NCBI GenBank assembly: GCA_050486505.1
Contig: JBJHDK010000045.1
Coordinates: 1 to 19,755, forward strand
Length of the DNA stretch: 19,755 nucleotides
DNA from: Fibrobacteria bacterium
Lineage (GTDB): Bacteria > Fibrobacterota > Fibrobacteria > UBA11236
Reading direction: 5' to 3'
Below the pieces are notes generated by a model. It was not told the DNA's origin. It saw only the letters and a program-made list of their open reading frames with translations, and searched no databases. This document shows, one piece after another, positions 16,262 through 19,755 of the stretch (the first letter of the stretch is position 1; the number at the start of each line of letters is the position of its first letter). The position numbers were made by a program, and so were the translations under genes.

Positions 16262-18289
16262 ATGCGCCTGCTCCTGATCGACAATCACGACTCCTTCTCC
16301 GCCATCCTTCACCACTACCTGTGGGAGCTGGCGGGGGAGCGCCCGTTATTTTACCGCAACGACACTCTCACGCGCGACGAGCTGGAGGCGCTCGGCTTCG
16401 ACGCGGCGGTGTTGTCGCCCGGACCGGGGCACCCCGCCAACGTGCGCGACTTCGGCGCCTGCCGCGACCTGCTCGAACTCTTCCCCGACAAACCCGTGCT
16501 GGGCGTGTGCCTCGGCATGCAGGGCATGGCGCACTTCGCCGGTGCGCGCGTCGTGCCGCTTTCCGGCGCGAAACACGGTCGTCCCTCGCGCATCGTGCAC
16601 GAAGGATCCGACGTGTTCCGCGGGCTTCCCGCGGAGTTCACGGCAATCCGGTACCACTCCCTTGTCGTTGACGCGGACTCGTTGCCCGCCAACATCCGTG
16701 TGACCGCACGCAGCATCGAAGACGATCAGGTGATGGGGGTTTCCTTCGCCGACCGTCCCTGGTTCGGGGTGCAGTTTCATCCCGAATCGATCGGCACCGA
16801 ACATGGCAAGGCGTTGCTGCGGAACTTCCTCGACCTCGCGAAACCGGATCGCGCGCGCCCGGAACCGCGGGTGCACCGCGAGTCCCCGAACAGGGAGGAA
16901 CGCGGAACACCCCCCCCGCCCGTCCCTCATGTCGAATTGCCCTGGCGTGATCCGGCGGAAGTCTTTGCCTGGCACGTCGCCGGTGCCCTGAACACGTTCT
17001 GGCTGGATGCACAGTCCCCCATCTCCTCCGAAGGGGGAGGGAAGCAAGGCTGGGCATCGACGGTGATGGGGCGCGCGGAGTCCGCGCATGCGTTTCACGA
17101 CTGGACGTCGTTTCGCGCGTGGATCGATGCACTGGATCTATCCGGCGACCGGGCCGCTCCGTGGGAGGGGTATCGCGGCGGGCCGATCGGCCATCTGGCG
17201 TACGAGTTGTATCGGGACACGCTGGACATTTCGGCACCGCATGCCGATGGCGATCCGCTGGCGCGGTGGATGTTGCCGGAGGGCTGGTTGGCGTTCGATG
17301 CATCGGCGCGCAAGGTGTATGCCGCCTGGGAAGGGGCTGCGCCGCCGGCATGGCTGCAATCCGCGATCGATGCATGGGATCGTTCGGGTACGTTTCAGGA
17401 TCCCGGTCTTGTCGAAGGGCAGGACGCGGCGCTTCCTCCGTTCGCGAAGTGGAGGCCGTTGCTCGCCGAAGCGGAGTACACCGATCGCTTGCGGAATCTA
17501 CAGGAGGCCATCGCGCGCGGAGAGACATACGAGGCGTGCTTGACGCATGCGTATTCCGTGAATGCCGATGCGGACCCGCTCGGCGTGTTCTTGCGCCTGC
17601 GCGCGCGCAACCCCGCGCCTTACTCCGCATATCTCTCCTTCCCTGATGTCCGCATTCTGTCCGCGTCCCCGGAGTTGTTCCTCGAGGCTTCCGCCGAGGG
17701 AATGCTGCGCAGCCGTCCCATCAAGGGCACGCGGCGGCGTGGGGTAGACGCGGCATCCGATCGCGACCTGCGGGAGGAACTCGCGGGATCGGAAAAGGAG
17801 GCCGCGGAGAATCGCATGATCGTGGACCTGACCCGGCACGACCTCGCGCGGGTGTGTGTTCCCGGCAGCGTCGAGGTTCCGGAGTTTTTGCGCATCGAGG
17901 AGCATCCCGCGGTGTTTCAGATGGTCTCGGAGGTGCGTGGTCGCATGGTGCGCGCGCATCGGAACACGGGCGTGACTGACGCGATCGCCGCGTGTTTTCC
18001 CGGGGGGTCGATGACGGGCGCTCCCAAGGAGCGCACGGTGGAGATCCTCTCGGGACTGGAGGCCGCGCCGCGCGGCATTTATTCCGGTGCGCTTGGGTAC
18101 CTGACACGCGGCGGGGCCTTTGCCCTGTCGATGGTGATCCGCACGCTGGAGAATCGGGGCTCCTCCTGGCGTGCGGGCTGCGGCGGAGCGGTGCTGAGCG
18201 ACTCTGATCCCGAGGCGGAGTGGCGCGAGGCGATGGTCAAAGCACGTAGCGTGATCGACGCGGCGAGCGACGCTTCAAAAAGAACATGA
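16262..18289 (+). CDS. pabB: Fused aminodeoxychorismate synthase (PabA glutamine amidotransferase + PabB)
   Basis: LLIDNHDSF, SPGPG, GVCLG, RYHSL and QFHPES mark the class I GATase. SASPELFL, PIKGT (Lys typical of PabB rather than TrpE PIAGT) and FPGGSMTGAPK mark the synthase domain. Confidence 0.92.
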   Translation: MRLLLIDNHDSFSAILHHYLWELAGERPLFYRNDTLTRDELEALGFDAAVLSPGPGHPANVRDFGACRDLLELFPDKPVLGVCLGMQGMAHFAGARVVPLSGAKHGRPSRIVHEGSDVFRGLPAEFTAIRYHSLVVDADSLPANIRVTARSIEDDQVMGVSFADRPWFGVQFHPESIGTEHGKALLRNFLDLAKPDRARPEPRVHRESPNREERGTPPPPVPHVELPWRDPAEVFAWHVAGALNTFWLDAQSPISSEGGGKQGWASTVMGRAESAHAFHDWTSFRAWIDALDLSGDRAAPWEGYRGGPIGHLAYELYRDTLDISAPHADGDPLARWMLPEGWLAFDASARKVYAAWEGAAPPAWLQSAIDAWDRSGTFQDPGLVEGQDAALPPFAKWRPLLAEAEYTDRLRNLQEAIARGETYEACLTHAYSVNADADPLGVFLRLRARNPAPYSAYLSFPDVRILSASPELFLEASAEGMLRSRPIKGTRRRGVDAASDRDLREELAGSEKEAAENRMIVDLTRHDLARVCVPGSVEVPEFLRIEEHPAVFQMVSEVRGRMVRAHRNTGVTDAIAACFPGGSMTGAPKERTVEILSGLEAAPRGIYSGALGYLTRGGAFALSMVIRTLENRGSSWRAGCGGAVLSDSDPEAEWREAMVKARSVIDAASDASKRT

Positions 18290-18302
18290 ACAAGGAAAAC
18301 GG

Positions 18303-18671
18303 ATGAACTGGTATTTCGAGGTTTTGCGCAAGTATTCGCAGTTCGACGGACGCGCCCGAAGGCTTGAGTATTGGATGTTCGTGCTCTGGCACATGCTCAT
18401 CCTTCTGGGGTTGTCGTTGTTCGCGACGCGCTGGGACGGCGGCATCGGAGCTTATCTCGACGTTGTCTATGCCGTGATGGTTCTGATTCCGGGACTGGCC
18501 GTGACGGTGCGGCGCCTGCACGACACGGGGCGTTCGGGATGGTGGATTCTGCTGGGTCTGGTGCCCATTGCATCGTTCATCCTGGTCGTGATTCTTTGCC
18601 TGCGAGGGCAAAAGGGAGCGAATGTTTACGGACCCGACCCCCTGTCCGGGCAAGAATCCCGCGCAATGTGA
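18303..18671 (+). CDS. DUF805 (YhaH-like) membrane protein
   Basis: KYSQFDGRARRLEYW, AVTVRRLHDTGRSGWW and GANVYGPDP. Confidence 0.93.
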   Translation: MNWYFEVLRKYSQFDGRARRLEYWMFVLWHMLILLGLSLFATRWDGGIGAYLDVVYAVMVLIPGLAVTVRRLHDTGRSGWWILLGLVPIASFILVVILCLRGQKGANVYGPDPLSGQESRAM

Positions 18672-18732
18672 TGATTGCAGAGGGATTTCACACCTTTCCG
18701 GGAAACCCTCCCCGGCCCCAAAGGAGGCGCAT

Positions 18733-19737
18733 GTGTCGCGCAGAACCCCCCATCTTCTTTTCTCCTTGTTTGTCCTTCCCTTTTCCGCGCTGATGATCGC
18801 AGGCTGCCAGCCGTCGTTTACGGGCGGAGCCCCGGTTGCGACCGAGCTGCAGGCGGCCCTCGAAGTGTATGACATGCTCGATGCGTATGACGAGGCGGTC
18901 CAGGAAGAGGCGTTGTTGCATGCGGAGGAGGCGGGGATCGAAGGCGCAGAGTCCCTGGCGAGAATGCAACCGTTTAGCGCCGTCGTCGCCGAAGCGTTGG
19001 CGGAAGCCCTGCCGTCGTTCCGGGACAGCCTGCTGCACGACCGCCTGCGCGATTTGCTCGATACGCGCCTGTCCTCCTGGTCCGCCGTGGAGCGCGATGC
19101 GCTGTGGACGGCCCTGCTGGAGCTGCGCTTCGCGCCGCGTCGCGAGACGCCGCCGGTCGAGACGGGGGAGTTTCGCGACGCCGATCTGGTGGAGTTGATC
19201 CTGATGGATTCCACGCTCAAGCTCGACATCCGCTACGCCACGGAGGACAACTTCGCGGGCCGGCAGGTGTACGACACGGCGCGCGCCTTTCTGCAACGCC
19301 CCGCTGCCGAGGCGGTGGTACGCGTCAGCGCCGCGTTGAGGGAACAGGGCCTCGGGTTGATCGTGTACGACGGGTATCGTCCCTGGAGCGTCACCCGGAT
19401 TTTCTGGGACCTCACGCCCGATGCGCAAAAGCAGTTCGTCGCCGATCCCGATCGGGGATCGCGCCACAATCGCGGCTGTGCGGTCGATCTGGGCCTCTAT
19501 GATTTGTCCACGGGTGAACCGCTGCCGATGCCCAGCGATTACGACGATTTCTCGGAGCGCGCCTACCCGACCTACGCGGGGGGCACGGCGGAAGAACGCG
19601 CCAATCGCGACCTGCTGATCGAGGCGATGCGCGCCGAAGGGTTCGAGACCTATCCCACCGAGTGGTGGCACTTCGATTACAAGGATTGGCGCGAGTATCG
19701 CATCCTGAACGTTTCGTTCGACGCCCTCGACCCCTAG
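18733..19737 (+). CDS. D-alanyl-D-alanine dipeptidase (M15/VanX-like), predicted lipoprotein with extra N-terminal helical region
   Basis: AAGGAGG SD at 18721-18727 before GTG 18733; lipobox-like IAGC. Catalytic-domain motifs DIRYAT, YDGYRP, SRHNRGCAVD and EWWHF. Confidence 0.92.
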   Translation: MSRRTPHLLFSLFVLPFSALMIAGCQPSFTGGAPVATELQAALEVYDMLDAYDEAVQEEALLHAEEAGIEGAESLARMQPFSAVVAEALAEALPSFRDSLLHDRLRDLLDTRLSSWSAVERDALWTALLELRFAPRRETPPVETGEFRDADLVELILMDSTLKLDIRYATEDNFAGRQVYDTARAFLQRPAAEAVVRVSAALREQGLGLIVYDGYRPWSVTRIFWDLTPDAQKQFVADPDRGSRHNRGCAVDLGLYDLSTGEPLPMPSDYDDFSERAYPTYAGGTAEERANRDLLIEAMRAEGFETYPTEWWHFDYKDWREYRILNVSFDALDP

Positions 19738-19755
19738 CGGCTTGCGCGGCAATGC

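Noticed and set aside
16910..16917. C8 tract in the PabA-PabB linker
   Set aside because: The frame is intact and it encodes a Pro-rich linker; no evidence of variation.
7523..18289. folE2 and pabAB as a folate gene cluster
   Set aside because: They are about 8 kb apart with unrelated genes on both strands between them; no operon evidence.
18733..19737. Vancomycin resistance locus
   Set aside because: A lone M15 dipeptidase; no vanH/vanA/vanRS in the window, though sequence to the right is not visible.

Overview
GC-rich bacterial chromosomal window of mostly housekeeping and metabolic genes. It holds prfB with its canonical +1 programmed frameshift, lysS, a cyclophilin-FKBP fusion PPIase, folE2, clpS, argH, a class I/II aminotransferase, a PAP2 phosphatase, a GH10 xylanase, fused pabAB, DUF805 and a VanX-type dipeptidase lipoprotein. 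The GH10 C-terminal 'DLRGR' tail weakly suggests Fibrobacterota/FCB (inference only). No rRNA, tRNA, CRISPR array, transposase or integrase was recognised. The unusual content is mostly intergenic. (1) A 518-bp cassette bounded by perfect 33-bp inverted dRS3-like palindromes carries an AT-richer orphan ORF. (2) There are several short-period (7-, 8-, 9-bp) repeat arrays, two of them arranged as inverted pairs; one pair sits in frame inside a frameshifted four-helix-bundle gene. (3) There are GTAG-type REPs, one with a dRS3-like hairpin nested in it. (4) A membrane-protein gene is split by an in-frame TAG. (5) Several genes have a -10-like hexamer 6-8 nt before the ATG and no SD, suggesting leaderless mRNAs. 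(6) The ClpS binding-pocket motif looks more like the eukaryotic UBR1 N-domain than E. coli ClpS. All family assignments come from motif recognition, not database searches.
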